64,000 nucleotides of DNA from a virus. This document shows positions 27,557-36,770 of the stretch, piece by piece; position 1 is the first letter of the stretch; every line of letters starts with the position of its first letter. The stretch is taken from positions 1-64,000 of IMG/VR virus record IMGVR_UViG_3300021093_003900; one strand, written 5' to 3'. A program made the position numbers and the translations under genes. Below the pieces are notes generated by a model that was given only the letters and a program-made list of their open reading frames with translations, made no database searches and was not told the origin of the DNA.

Positions 27557-28367
27557 AATTAAAATTAATAAGTTAGTAAAAGCTGGACTAAGTAGAAATA
27601 TGGTTTCGCAATTGTCCGAGAGAGCAATGGATGTGTTAATTCAAAAATTTATTTTGGATGAACAAACTACGATGGTTCCAGCAAGCGACCAACGCACAAT
27701 TCAAGATTTAAAAAATCAGAAAAAAACATTTGCTGTTTACGAAAAAGAAGTAACTGAGGATGAAGAAGATCCTATGGATTTTGAAAAAGGTGAGAGAACT
27801 CAAGATCCACACCAAGTTGGCCCATCAACAGACGATGGTTTTGGTAATTACGGCGATGGTATGGATGAAGGCGAAATGACTGAAAAAAAACAAAAGAAAA
27901 ATCCTTGGGCTATTTGCACGGCAACTATGGGTAAAAAATTTGGTACAACTGAAAGAAGTGATTGGTCTAAAAGACAGATGAAAGAATATGAGAGATGTGT
28001 AATGGATGTCAAAAAACAGGTCAAAGAAAATAAGAACCCCCTACTTCCAATCCTAGAAAATATAACTAGAAAACAAATTGAAACCAATTTGTTACCTCAG
28101 ATGGATAAAGCTTCATTAATTGAGATGGTCGCTAAAAACCAATCTATTGTTAAAAGACCACTTCATAATTCATCCAAAGATAAAACCAAAAAGATGAAAA
28201 AACCTCTCGGTTCTATGTTTTCAGTTACTAAAGAAAAATTTGAGAGTGATCTCAAAGAAATGGAAAAAACAGAAGGAAAAACACGTGAATTATCACCCAA
28301 TCTCGGTAAGACCAAAATTCCTGATTACTTAACTTTTGATCAACTTAATATTAAATTTAAAAAGTAA
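27549..28367 (+). CDS. hypothetical protein with NPWAIC...ERC micro-domain
   Basis: Probable start MSKIK at 27549. Confidence 0.7.
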   Translation: MSKIKINKLVKAGLSRNMVSQLSERAMDVLIQKFILDEQTTMVPASDQRTIQDLKNQKKTFAVYEKEVTEDEEDPMDFEKGERTQDPHQVGPSTDDGFGNYGDGMDEGEMTEKKQKKNPWAICTATMGKKFGTTERSDWSKRQMKEYERCVMDVKKQVKENKNPLLPILENITRKQIETNLLPQMDKASLIEMVAKNQSIVKRPLHNSSKDKTKKMKKPLGSMFSVTKEKFESDLKEMEKTEGKTRELSPNLGKTKIPDYLTFDQLNIKFKK

Positions 28368-29617
28368 TGTTAAAGAAAAAATTTATTAAAGAAGCGCCGA
28401 TCGACTATGGTGATAGACCAGAAAGAATGGATTCGGGTACACAGAGGAAAATAGAAACTGGGCAAACTCCTATTTCCAAACAACCTTTTATGCCTAAAAT
28501 CACAGGAACACAAACATTCGAAGAAGTTATTGCCTCTGAAAGATTTAAACAAGTAATCGAAAACATTCGTAGATATACTGACATACCTGGTCCTGTTGAT
28601 ATGCGAAACATCAGTCAATTACAGATGTTATTAATGTCAGCACTCCGAGAAATAGTAAACATTGAAAAACAACACAAGGAATATTTAGAAAACTTATCAA
28701 TTGAATTGGTTAGAAAAGAATTAGAAATAAGCCTCTCTGAGATAGAGTATGAATCTTATTTGGTTAGTCCTGATGACATTTCCAACGAAGGTTTTCAAAT
28801 GGAACCTGAAGAGAAATCCGTAGAAGAAATAGCAAAATTATTTCAAACACCAGAAAAGGAAAAGGATGAAGAAGAAAACCCAGTCGAAAGTTTACTAAGA
28901 GCCTTAGAAGAGTTTAATATTGAAAGAAGTAAGAGAAGATTAATTAATATGTTCATTCAAGGTGCTGGGGCTAAAGCCCAATATATGTACCATTTGATTG
29001 AAGAAAAATTAAATGAACTAGATCCAAGGTTATTAAATTTATATGGAACATTAATGTCCGTCAATGAAATGTTATATTGGATTTTGAACGAAAACATGCT
29101 AGGAAATTTGATGGGAAGTAAAGCTGGTTCGGTTGAAGTCGATACAAATCAAGATCCCCCGAAAGTTGTTGCCAAAGGGGTTATTTTTCCAGTGTTACTA
29201 CACGAGTTGGTGAAAGGAACGTATGAAGTTATTGGAAAATTCGGATTACCATCAAACCCTGAAAAACAAAAGATGGTTACAGGATACGAGGATACGTTAC
29301 CTGCTGAGGTTTGGGATTTAAGATTTGGGCCTGTGTTCTGGGAAAGATTATTAAACGTGTATCCTGATAGGATTTTTGAATCAGGACAAAGATTTATACA
29401 AAATTATTTGTTTCAAAAATTTGTTATGATGAGTGCTGAAGAATTTATTGATCTAACAAAAATGATTCTTTTGGGTAATCCGAAAGCAAATCAAATTTTG
29501 GATAGAATGGTAAAAGAAATATCGGAAAGATTGAGAGAACTAGAAAATGAAGCTAGTAAAAAAGATGAGGATGATGAATTGGGTGATATTAACATTGACG
29601 ATATCTTCAATCGATAA
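28367..29617 (+). CDS. conserved hypothetical protein upstream of terminase
   Basis: 416 aa; FPVLLHELVKG motif. Confidence 0.75.
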   Translation: MLKKKFIKEAPIDYGDRPERMDSGTQRKIETGQTPISKQPFMPKITGTQTFEEVIASERFKQVIENIRRYTDIPGPVDMRNISQLQMLLMSALREIVNIEKQHKEYLENLSIELVRKELEISLSEIEYESYLVSPDDISNEGFQMEPEEKSVEEIAKLFQTPEKEKDEEENPVESLLRALEEFNIERSKRRLINMFIQGAGAKAQYMYHLIEEKLNELDPRLLNLYGTLMSVNEMLYWILNENMLGNLMGSKAGSVEVDTNQDPPKVVAKGVIFPVLLHELVKGTYEVIGKFGLPSNPEKQKMVTGYEDTLPAEVWDLRFGPVFWERLLNVYPDRIFESGQRFIQNYLFQKFVMMSAEEFIDLTKMILLGNPKANQILDRMVKEISERLRELENEASKKDEDDELGDINIDDIFNR

Positions 29618-29627
29618 CTGAAATGAA

Positions 29628-31397
29628 ATGGGATTTACTAAAGAACAACTTTTACTTGAATATACCAAGTGTGTTAGGAATACAGAATACGCTTTAAAAA
29701 CATATTTGCAAACTTATGACAATACACAGTTAAAATATGTTCCTCTAGAACTTTTTCCAGATCAGGCAACCCTTATTAAAGATTACGAAGAACACAACGA
29801 AAACATTGCAAAGAAATATAGACAAGCTGGTGTATCTACAGTTACCGCGGCTTGGATTAGTAAAAAATTAGCATTCGCTCTTAAAAACAAACCCGAAAAG
29901 GTTTTGTGTATTGCAAATAAGTTGGATACTGCGGTTGAATTTGCAAATAAAGTGAGGGGGTTTATTGACCAATGGCCAAGTTGGGTGGGTATTACCTACA
30001 GTAATGAAAAAAATTCCCAAAGACATTTTAAAATTTCTAACGGGTGTGAAGTCAAAGCGGTTGCTACGTCTAAGGATGCGTTAAGGGGTTATACACCAAC
30101 AATTCTTATTTTTGATGAGGCAGCGTATATTGAGGCTGATAGTGATTTCTGGGCGGCCTGTATGGCCTCGTTATCGACAGGGGGTAAAGTAATTGTTATT
30201 TCCACACCAAATGGATACGACCCGATATATTATGAGATCTATGACCAATCTTTAAGGGGGATTAATGATTTTAAAATAACCGAAATGTTTTGGTGGAGAG
30301 ATCCAAGATACACCAAAGATTTACAGTTTTTAAAAGTAGATGATCTTATTCATTTTTATCTTAACAGAGATGAATACCCAAATCTAGAAATTGTTGATTT
30401 TTCAGACACACTACCATTTGATCGAGACTATGATGAGATCCAAAAATTATTTGAAAGTGGATACAAACCAACGTCAAATTGGTTTGAAAAAATGGTCAAG
30501 AAATTAAAATATGATAAAAGAAAAGTTGCACAAGAATTAGAATGTAATTTTTTGGGGTCTGGTGATAATGTATTTGAATCCAATAGGATTCAAAGAATAT
30601 TGGAAAATGATATAAAAGAACCAGTAAACAAAATGGTGAGTGGTGGTTTGTGGTTATGGAAAGAACCAGTTTTGGGACATCGATATATTATGGGTGTTGA
30701 CGTGAGCAGAGGTGATAGCGAAGACTTTTCAACTTTTCAAATTTTTGATTTCGACGATCGTGAACAGGTCGTTGAATATTTGGGAAAATTACCCCCCGAT
30801 AGTCTAGCGGATATTGTTTATAAGTGGGCAACAATGTATAAAGCATTTGTTGTTATTGATATTACTGGTGGTATGGGAGTCTCAACCGCAAGAAAACTTC
30901 AAGAACTAGGTTACAAAGATTTATATGTTGATGGTATGGATATTGCAAATAAATGGAAATTTGATCCAAAAATACAAGATAAAATACCGGGAATAAATTT
31001 TAACAATAAACGAGTACAAATAATTTCCGCACTAGAAGAATATTTTCGTCACGGATTAAAAATACATTCAATTCGTCTTGTTAATGAAATGAATACATTC
31101 GTTTATATTAATGGTCGTCCTGATCATATGAAAGGACAACACGACGATTTAATTATGTCTCTTGCTATGGCGGTATATGTTGCCGATTATTCATTTACTC
31201 AGTTACAAAAAGTATCACAACAAGCAAAAGTTTTATTGGAATCTTGGGAAGTAAAAACATACGAACAACCTTCATCCCAACATTTTAATCCAGCATTACC
31301 AAACACAAATTATAAAGAAAATCCAGCGTTTAGAAATCAACCATCAAGAGCTGACTATGAACAATATTCTTGGTTGTTCGGTGGTGGTAAGCGTTGA
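29628..31397 (+). CDS. terL: terminase large subunit (T4 gp17-like)
   Basis: LFPDQ Q-motif, KYRQAGVST Walker A, LIFDEAA Walker B, ISTPNG, QELEC, MGVDVSRG and HDDLIMS nuclease motifs. Confidence 0.93.
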   Translation: MGFTKEQLLLEYTKCVRNTEYALKTYLQTYDNTQLKYVPLELFPDQATLIKDYEEHNENIAKKYRQAGVSTVTAAWISKKLAFALKNKPEKVLCIANKLDTAVEFANKVRGFIDQWPSWVGITYSNEKNSQRHFKISNGCEVKAVATSKDALRGYTPTILIFDEAAYIEADSDFWAACMASLSTGGKVIVISTPNGYDPIYYEIYDQSLRGINDFKITEMFWWRDPRYTKDLQFLKVDDLIHFYLNRDEYPNLEIVDFSDTLPFDRDYDEIQKLFESGYKPTSNWFEKMVKKLKYDKRKVAQELECNFLGSGDNVFESNRIQRILENDIKEPVNKMVSGGLWLWKEPVLGHRYIMGVDVSRGDSEDFSTFQIFDFDDREQVVEYLGKLPPDSLADIVYKWATMYKAFVVIDITGGMGVSTARKLQELGYKDLYVDGMDIANKWKFDPKIQDKIPGINFNNKRVQIISALEEYFRHGLKIHSIRLVNEMNTFVYINGRPDHMKGQHDDLIMSLAMAVYVADYSFTQLQKVSQQAKVLLESWEVKTYEQPSSQHFNPALPNTNYKENPAFRNQPSRADYEQYSWLFGGGKR

Positions 31398-31427
31398 TTT
31401 ATAAATCGAAGTATTTACCATTAAAAG

Positions 31428-34229
31428 ATGGAAGATAAAAATTTAACAATATGGCAAAGACTTTCCCAAAGTTTTGGGCCTAACTCACTTCTAGGTCAGG
31501 ATTTACCTACATATAAATTTGATAAGAAAGAATTACTCAGAACGCAAAGTAAGGATGAATATGAAAAACAAAAACTTCAAGCACAACAAACTTACTATCT
31601 TGTAAGTCAATGGGCTAAAGTTGAAAACAATTTATACAACCAAGCGGTATACTATGAACCAACAAGATTGGCATCATACTATGATTTCGAAAGTATGGAA
31701 TATTCGTTAAGTTCTGAAACACTCATAGCAACACCTGATGGTTTTATAACAATAAAAGACCTTGCAGATAAAGGTCGAGATTACGAATTTATTGTATATG
31801 CTTACGATCATAACACCGAAAAAGTTGTACCCGCATTAGCAAGGAACGCTCATTACACACGTGATGAAATGACGTATAAAATTACATTTGATGATGGGTC
31901 ACACATAATTGCAACATATGGTCACAGATTTTTAAAACGTGATGGCGTTTTCGAGGTTGTTGAAAACTTAAAACCCGGTGATTCTATGATGCCATTTTAT
32001 CGTAAATCATTTTTTGATAATCAAAATTATAATTGGGTATATGTGTGTAATTCTAATGAAGGACATCACGGATGGGTTTCTGAACACAAATTAATTGCTG
32101 AATGGTATTACGACAAAAAAGTTAGTGTTGACGAAGAAATTCATCACAAAGATTTTAATGGTAAAAATAATAACCCTGAAAATTTGCAAATTATGAATAT
32201 TTCAGAGCACAGGGCTTATCACAGAAAATTGAATAATGAAAAACTTTGGGCTAATCCAGAATTCAGAGAAAAAATGTCAATTGTTGCTAAAAAAAAGGGA
32301 AAACTAAGTTGGAATGGGAGGAGAGTGGGTGTCAAGAACCCGTCTTATTTTCACATACCCTACGATTTAATAGTTCAAAAAGCTACTGAGCATAAAACTT
32401 TAATGGGTACAGCTTCGGCACTTAATATTTCATACAAAAAATTACAAAGAGAAATAACATATGCTGGGTATAAAGATTGGAGTACTTTTTGTTTTGCTTA
32501 TGGTATTGGAAAATCGAAATATTCAATCGCTAAGGTTAAAGGTGATAGTTATGTTTTTAACCATAAAATTGTAAGTATTGAACCGCACGGAGTTGTGCCA
32601 GTGTATGACTTGAGTGTACCTGGATATAAAAACTTTGCAACTGACACCATATTTTCCCATAACACACCAGAAATCGCGTCAGCATTGGATACATATGCTG
32701 AAGAATCAACCACCGTTGATGAAAATGGTTTTATGTTACAGATTTATTCTGATTCGCCCAGAATAAAATCTATTCTAGCGGATTTATTTAATAACGCTCT
32801 TGACATCAACACAAACTTACCGATGTGGACACGTAATACCGCCAAATATGGTGATAATTTTGTGTTTCTGAAATTAGACCCTGAAAAAGGTGTTGTGGGT
32901 TGTTTACAACTACCTAACATTGAAATAGAAAGAATTGAGGTAGGAATGAAAGGGAGAGCAACCTCAGGATTTGGAGCTGCACAAGCATCCAACGCCGATA
33001 CAAAAAGTTTAACATTTACTTGGAAAAACAAACAACTGGATTTTAATAGTTGGGAAATTGCCCACTTCCGATTGTTAGGTGATGATCGTAAATTACCTTA
33101 CGGAACAGCGATGACCGAAAAAGCAAGAAGGATTTGGAAACAATTGGTATTAGCTGAGGATGCAATGCTTGTTTATCGAACATCTAGAGCCCCTGAAAGA
33201 AGGGTATTTAAAGTTTATGTTGGTAATATGGACGACGCGGATGTTTATCCATATGTCCAAAGATTTGCACAACAATTTAAAAAAGATCAGATTGCAGACC
33301 CAAAAACAGGTAATGTTGACATGAGATTCAATCAGATGGCGGTAGACCAAGACTTTTTTATCCCTGTTAGAGATCCTGCAGCACCTACACCAATTGACAC
33401 TTTAGCTGGTGCTCAAAATCTGTCAGAGATTGCAGATATCGAGTACATTCAGAAAAAACTCTTGACGGCACTTAGAATTCCGAAAGCATTTTTAGGATTT
33501 GAGGAACCTGTTGGTGATGGTAAAAATTTATCACTACAAGACATTCGTTTTGCAAGAACAATTAATAGAATTCAAAAGTGTATGATTTCGGAGTTAAATA
33601 AAATTGCTATTATACACTTGTTTTTACTTGGTTTTGAAGATGAACTTGGTTCATTTCAATTATCACTGACTAATCCATCTAAACAAGCCGATTTACTCGC
33701 AGTAGAAGTTTGGAAAGAAAAAATGTTATTGTATAGAGATTGTGTCACTAAAATTGAAGGTATTGCACCAGTATCTCAGGCTTGGGCCAAAAAACACGTT
33801 CTTGGATTTTCAGATGATGAAATCAAACTTGATTTACAACAACAAAGAATGGAAATGGCGGTAGCGACAGAACTCACAAATACGCCTAATGTTATTAACA
33901 GAACAGGTATATTTGACAGTATCGATAAGTTGTACGGAAAACAAGTTATGAGTGGAGAATCATCAACCACAGGTACACTACCTATGGGTGGTGTAGAACC
34001 ATTACCTCCTAGTGGTGGTGGATTTGGTGGAGATATAGGTGTGGGTGGAACACCACCACCACCTCTAGGGGTACCCACATTAGCACCAGAAAGTAGGAAA
34101 AAAACACCAAACATAATCTTAGAAAGGATGGAAATAGAAAATAGAGAAGAAATAGATTTTGACAAAGGTGAAAAAATATTATCATCAATTCAAAATGAGT
34201 TGGACAAATTATCAGATGAAACTATTTAA
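31428..34229 (+). CDS. portal protein (T4 gp20-like) containing an intein
   Basis: ESMEY|TPEIASALD, KYGDNF, HFRL, EDAMLVYRTSRAPERRVF, ALRIPKAFL, DIRFARTINRIQ. Confidence 0.93.
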   Translation: MEDKNLTIWQRLSQSFGPNSLLGQDLPTYKFDKKELLRTQSKDEYEKQKLQAQQTYYLVSQWAKVENNLYNQAVYYEPTRLASYYDFESMEYSLSSETLIATPDGFITIKDLADKGRDYEFIVYAYDHNTEKVVPALARNAHYTRDEMTYKITFDDGSHIIATYGHRFLKRDGVFEVVENLKPGDSMMPFYRKSFFDNQNYNWVYVCNSNEGHHGWVSEHKLIAEWYYDKKVSVDEEIHHKDFNGKNNNPENLQIMNISEHRAYHRKLNNEKLWANPEFREKMSIVAKKKGKLSWNGRRVGVKNPSYFHIPYDLIVQKATEHKTLMGTASALNISYKKLQREITYAGYKDWSTFCFAYGIGKSKYSIAKVKGDSYVFNHKIVSIEPHGVVPVYDLSVPGYKNFATDTIFSHNTPEIASALDTYAEESTTVDENGFMLQIYSDSPRIKSILADLFNNALDINTNLPMWTRNTAKYGDNFVFLKLDPEKGVVGCLQLPNIEIERIEVGMKGRATSGFGAAQASNADTKSLTFTWKNKQLDFNSWEIAHFRLLGDDRKLPYGTAMTEKARRIWKQLVLAEDAMLVYRTSRAPERRVFKVYVGNMDDADVYPYVQRFAQQFKKDQIADPKTGNVDMRFNQMAVDQDFFIPVRDPAAPTPIDTLAGAQNLSEIADIEYIQKKLLTALRIPKAFLGFEEPVGDGKNLSLQDIRFARTINRIQKCMISELNKIAIIHLFLLGFEDELGSFQLSLTNPSKQADLLAVEVWKEKMLLYRDCVTKIEGIAPVSQAWAKKHVLGFSDDEIKLDLQQQRMEMAVATELTNTPNVINRTGIFDSIDKLYGKQVMSGESSTTGTLPMGGVEPLPPSGGGFGGDIGVGGTPPPPLGVPTLAPESRKKTPNIILERMEIENREEIDFDKGEKILSSIQNELDKLSDETI
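31704..32663 (+). mobile_element. intein (320 aa) with HNH homing endonuclease in the portal gene
   Basis: Block A SLSSETLIATPDG, block B ATYGHRF, HNH EIHHKDFNGKNNNPENL, block F VYDLSVPGYKNF, block G FSHN followed by Thr+1. Confidence 0.92.
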
Positions 34230-34242
34230 CAAATAAAAAACT

Positions 34243-34944
34243 ATGAAATTCGGAGAACTATTTTCAGCAATCGAAAGCCATTTGTTATCCTCTTACAAGA
34301 AAGGAATTTTTGAATCACAAATAAACGGCTTCAACAATTTGGTACTTAAAAATAAAAAATTATCATCAATATTCTATCTTTATAATCAATTAGACAAAAC
34401 CAATTCTTTAGACCGAGAATCAGCTGAATTATTAATTCAGGAAACGGTCAAACAAATTGAAAATATTAAACTTGACGTAAAAAAGAAATTAGTGGAACTA
34501 TGGTTGAAAGATGTAAAAACTGAGAATGTCTACAAAGATATCGATAATTTGATTTACACAGATATTACAAATTTAGTAGAAACAGTACAGTCTAAAAAGA
34601 AATTGATTTCAACACTTACAGAAACAGTTCAACCAAAAGAAAAAGTTAATATACCAATAACAACTCTTTTCAAAATCGCAAATAGAACAACATCAGAATA
34701 TGTCCAAAGTTTGGATGAGGACACGAAAAAAGAATTGACAAATATTCTTACCGAAGATATTGAGGTGTTAGAAAACAAATATACTGAACTTAAAAAAGAC
34801 ACAATAGAAAAATTAAGACAAAAATTGTCTGAGAATTCTGGTGAAGTTTTTAATAAAATTGAAGAAGTTCTTTATCAGATCGACAGAGAATCGTTTGACA
34901 GGATTAATTACGTGAGGTTAAAGTCCTTATCGGACAATTTGTAA
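34243..34944 (+). CDS. conserved hypothetical head-module protein
   Basis: 233-aa helical ORF directly after the portal. Confidence 0.75.
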   Translation: MKFGELFSAIESHLLSSYKKGIFESQINGFNNLVLKNKKLSSIFYLYNQLDKTNSLDRESAELLIQETVKQIENIKLDVKKKLVELWLKDVKTENVYKDIDNLIYTDITNLVETVQSKKKLISTLTETVQPKEKVNIPITTLFKIANRTTSEYVQSLDEDTKKELTNILTEDIEVLENKYTELKKDTIEKLRQKLSENSGEVFNKIEEVLYQIDRESFDRINYVRLKSLSDNL

Positions 34945-34946
34945 TT

Positions 34947-35138
34947 TCAGTTCTCCGCGTCACGTTTTCTTTGAATGAATTGAGCCTTCAAAACTTCTTT
35001 TCTTCTTTTTTGAGCCTTACTCTCAAAAGAAAGTCTTGACAATAATCCTTCATTTTGTTTTGTTTTGATAATTTTTCCTTTTAATAATTTCAAGGATTTA
35101 TCAAGACTAGATGTTCCGTTTACTTTAATTTTAATCAT
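34947..35138 (-). CDS. rpsU: ribosomal protein bS21 (divergent, Bacteroidota-like)
   Basis: 63 aa, basic; IKV...SLDKSLK.LK.K..KT.....L..R..F.....KRR....KAQFIQ pattern; position between portal and prohead protease as in described bS21 phages. Confidence 0.85.
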   Translation of the reverse strand: MIKIKVNGTSSLDKSLKLLKGKIIKTKQNEGLLSRLSFESKAQKRRKEVLKAQFIQRKRDAEN

Positions 35139-35233
35139 GTGCTATAAATAATAGAAAAGTTAAAAAAAATTTGATTTGTATCAATAATTGTGTTATTTTT
35201 TTGTAAAAATAAACGAGTATAGAATATGGATAA

Positions 35234-35683
35234 ATGAAAAAAGGCAAAACCTGTAAATTGAACGGATTTACAAGATTGAAAAGTACGTATGGAACAGTAG
35301 ATTCTAAAACATTTAAATCTTTGTATTTGAACATACAAAGTTGGGTGACACCTCAAAAAAGTGTCGAAAATTGGTCAAGAGTGGTAAACATTCTAAATAG
35401 AGAAATAAAGGAGACCATAAATGAAATTTTAGATCTTACATTATTACAACCAAAATTTATTTTAGACCTAGACCTAAGAACCAGTGGATTAGTTGTTGGG
35501 AAAAAAAGTTTTATGAATTTGGAAATAACATTCTTTGTGGCGAAAAATGTAGAATTCAAATCAACATTACTAAAAACACATCTTCAAAATCTTACATCAT
35601 TTATAAATTCACACAATTTTACAAAAAACACTTACTTTAAATTTGAAAAAACAAAGAAACTGAAAACAATTGATATTATCTAA
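35234..35683 (+). CDS. conserved hypothetical phage protein
   Basis: YGTVDSK..KSLY, DLDLRTSG, KSFMNLEI motifs. Confidence 0.75.
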   Translation: MKKGKTCKLNGFTRLKSTYGTVDSKTFKSLYLNIQSWVTPQKSVENWSRVVNILNREIKETINEILDLTLLQPKFILDLDLRTSGLVVGKKSFMNLEITFFVAKNVEFKSTLLKTHLQNLTSFINSHNFTKNTYFKFEKTKKLKTIDII

Positions 35684-35704
35684 TATTTATCAATAAATTT
35701 TTTT

Positions 35705-36436
35705 ATGAAAATATTAAGGTCAAACGAAGTAGGTAGAGGAATTTTAATTGAAATGGATGCTGGATATATTTCAGCAACTGATGAAAGAAATTTGAAAGTA
35801 ATTCAAGAACAGAAAACTCAATTAGATCATTCTAAACCTTTTGAATTTTATGCTGTACTTCAAAAGTACAACACACCAAACAGAAATGGTAGAGTATATC
35901 CTGAAGAAATTCTCAAAAGAGAAGCTGAAAATTATAGAAAATTAATCAAAAAGGGAGTGGCTCTTTCAGAACTTAATCACCCAGAATCTTCACTTATTGA
36001 TTTAGATCGAGTATGTCACGTTATTACTGATTTATGGTGGGAAAACCAAATGCTTTTAGGAAAATTAAAATTATTGACATCACCGGGTTTTCACGAGAGA
36101 GGTATCGTTTCAACAAAAGGAGACCAAGCAGCTAACTTACTCAGGCAAGGAGTTACTTTGGGTATATCCTCAAGAGGTGTAGGATCCTTGAAAAAGGTAG
36201 GTGAACAAAATGAAGTTCAGAAAGATTTCGAATTAATTTGTTTTGATTTGGTATCATCACCCTCAACACCCGGAGCGTATCTATTTACAAATATTGATGA
36301 TAAATATTCGTTTGATGAAAATATTGAAGAAGAAAAAAAAATGAGACAAATATCTACTGAATCATCAAATGACGGTAATCCTATGAATCGCTCTATTGAT
36401 TTAATGAATAAATTGAATAACTTTTTAAAAAAATAA
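35705..36436 (+). CDS. prohead core protease (T4 gp21-like)
   Basis: NRNGRVYP, ELNHP, GISSRGVGS, FDLVSSPSTPGA. Confidence 0.93.
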   Translation: MKILRSNEVGRGILIEMDAGYISATDERNLKVIQEQKTQLDHSKPFEFYAVLQKYNTPNRNGRVYPEEILKREAENYRKLIKKGVALSELNHPESSLIDLDRVCHVITDLWWENQMLLGKLKLLTSPGFHERGIVSTKGDQAANLLRQGVTLGISSRGVGSLKKVGEQNEVQKDFELICFDLVSSPSTPGAYLFTNIDDKYSFDENIEEEKKMRQISTESSNDGNPMNRSIDLMNKLNNFLKK

Positions 36437-36439
36437 TTT

Positions 36440-36652
36440 ATGGAAGAATCAAAGTATTTTGTATCAAAAATACAATATGATCTACCCGATGAAAATTCAG
36501 GTAAGATCAAAAAGATCACTGAAATGAAACTTGTACGAGCAATTTCAGTTACAGATGTTGAAGCCAAAGTAACTGAAAAGTACCAAGGTTTCCAACACGA
36601 TTGGCGAATAACTTCGGTAGTCGAAAGTAAAATTGACGAAGTGATTGAGTGA
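36440..36652 (+). CDS. DUF4494-like small protein
   Basis: KLVRAISVTDVEAKV ... ITSVVESKIDEV. Confidence 0.6.
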   Translation: MEESKYFVSKIQYDLPDENSGKIKKITEMKLVRAISVTDVEAKVTEKYQGFQHDWRITSVVESKIDEVIE

Positions 36653-36657
36653 AAATT

Positions 36658-36686
36658 AACCCCACAAATTAGTGGGGTTTTTTTTT
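36658..36686 (+). terminator. intrinsic terminator
   Basis: AACCCCAC-AAATTA-GTGGGGTT followed by a T-tract. Confidence 0.85.
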
Positions 36687-36770
36687 GAAAATTTTTTTTA
36701 CAACAAAAATTCTAAAAATTAATATTTTTTACGTTATGGGTATATTTATATGGAAAAATTTAATATTTCT

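Noticed and set aside
29810-29845. Terminase Walker A reads RQAGVST without the usual GK(S/T) lysine
   Set aside because: RQxG(I/V/F)ST variants with an upstream Lys are common in this terminase group; all other motifs are intact, so it is not a pseudogene.
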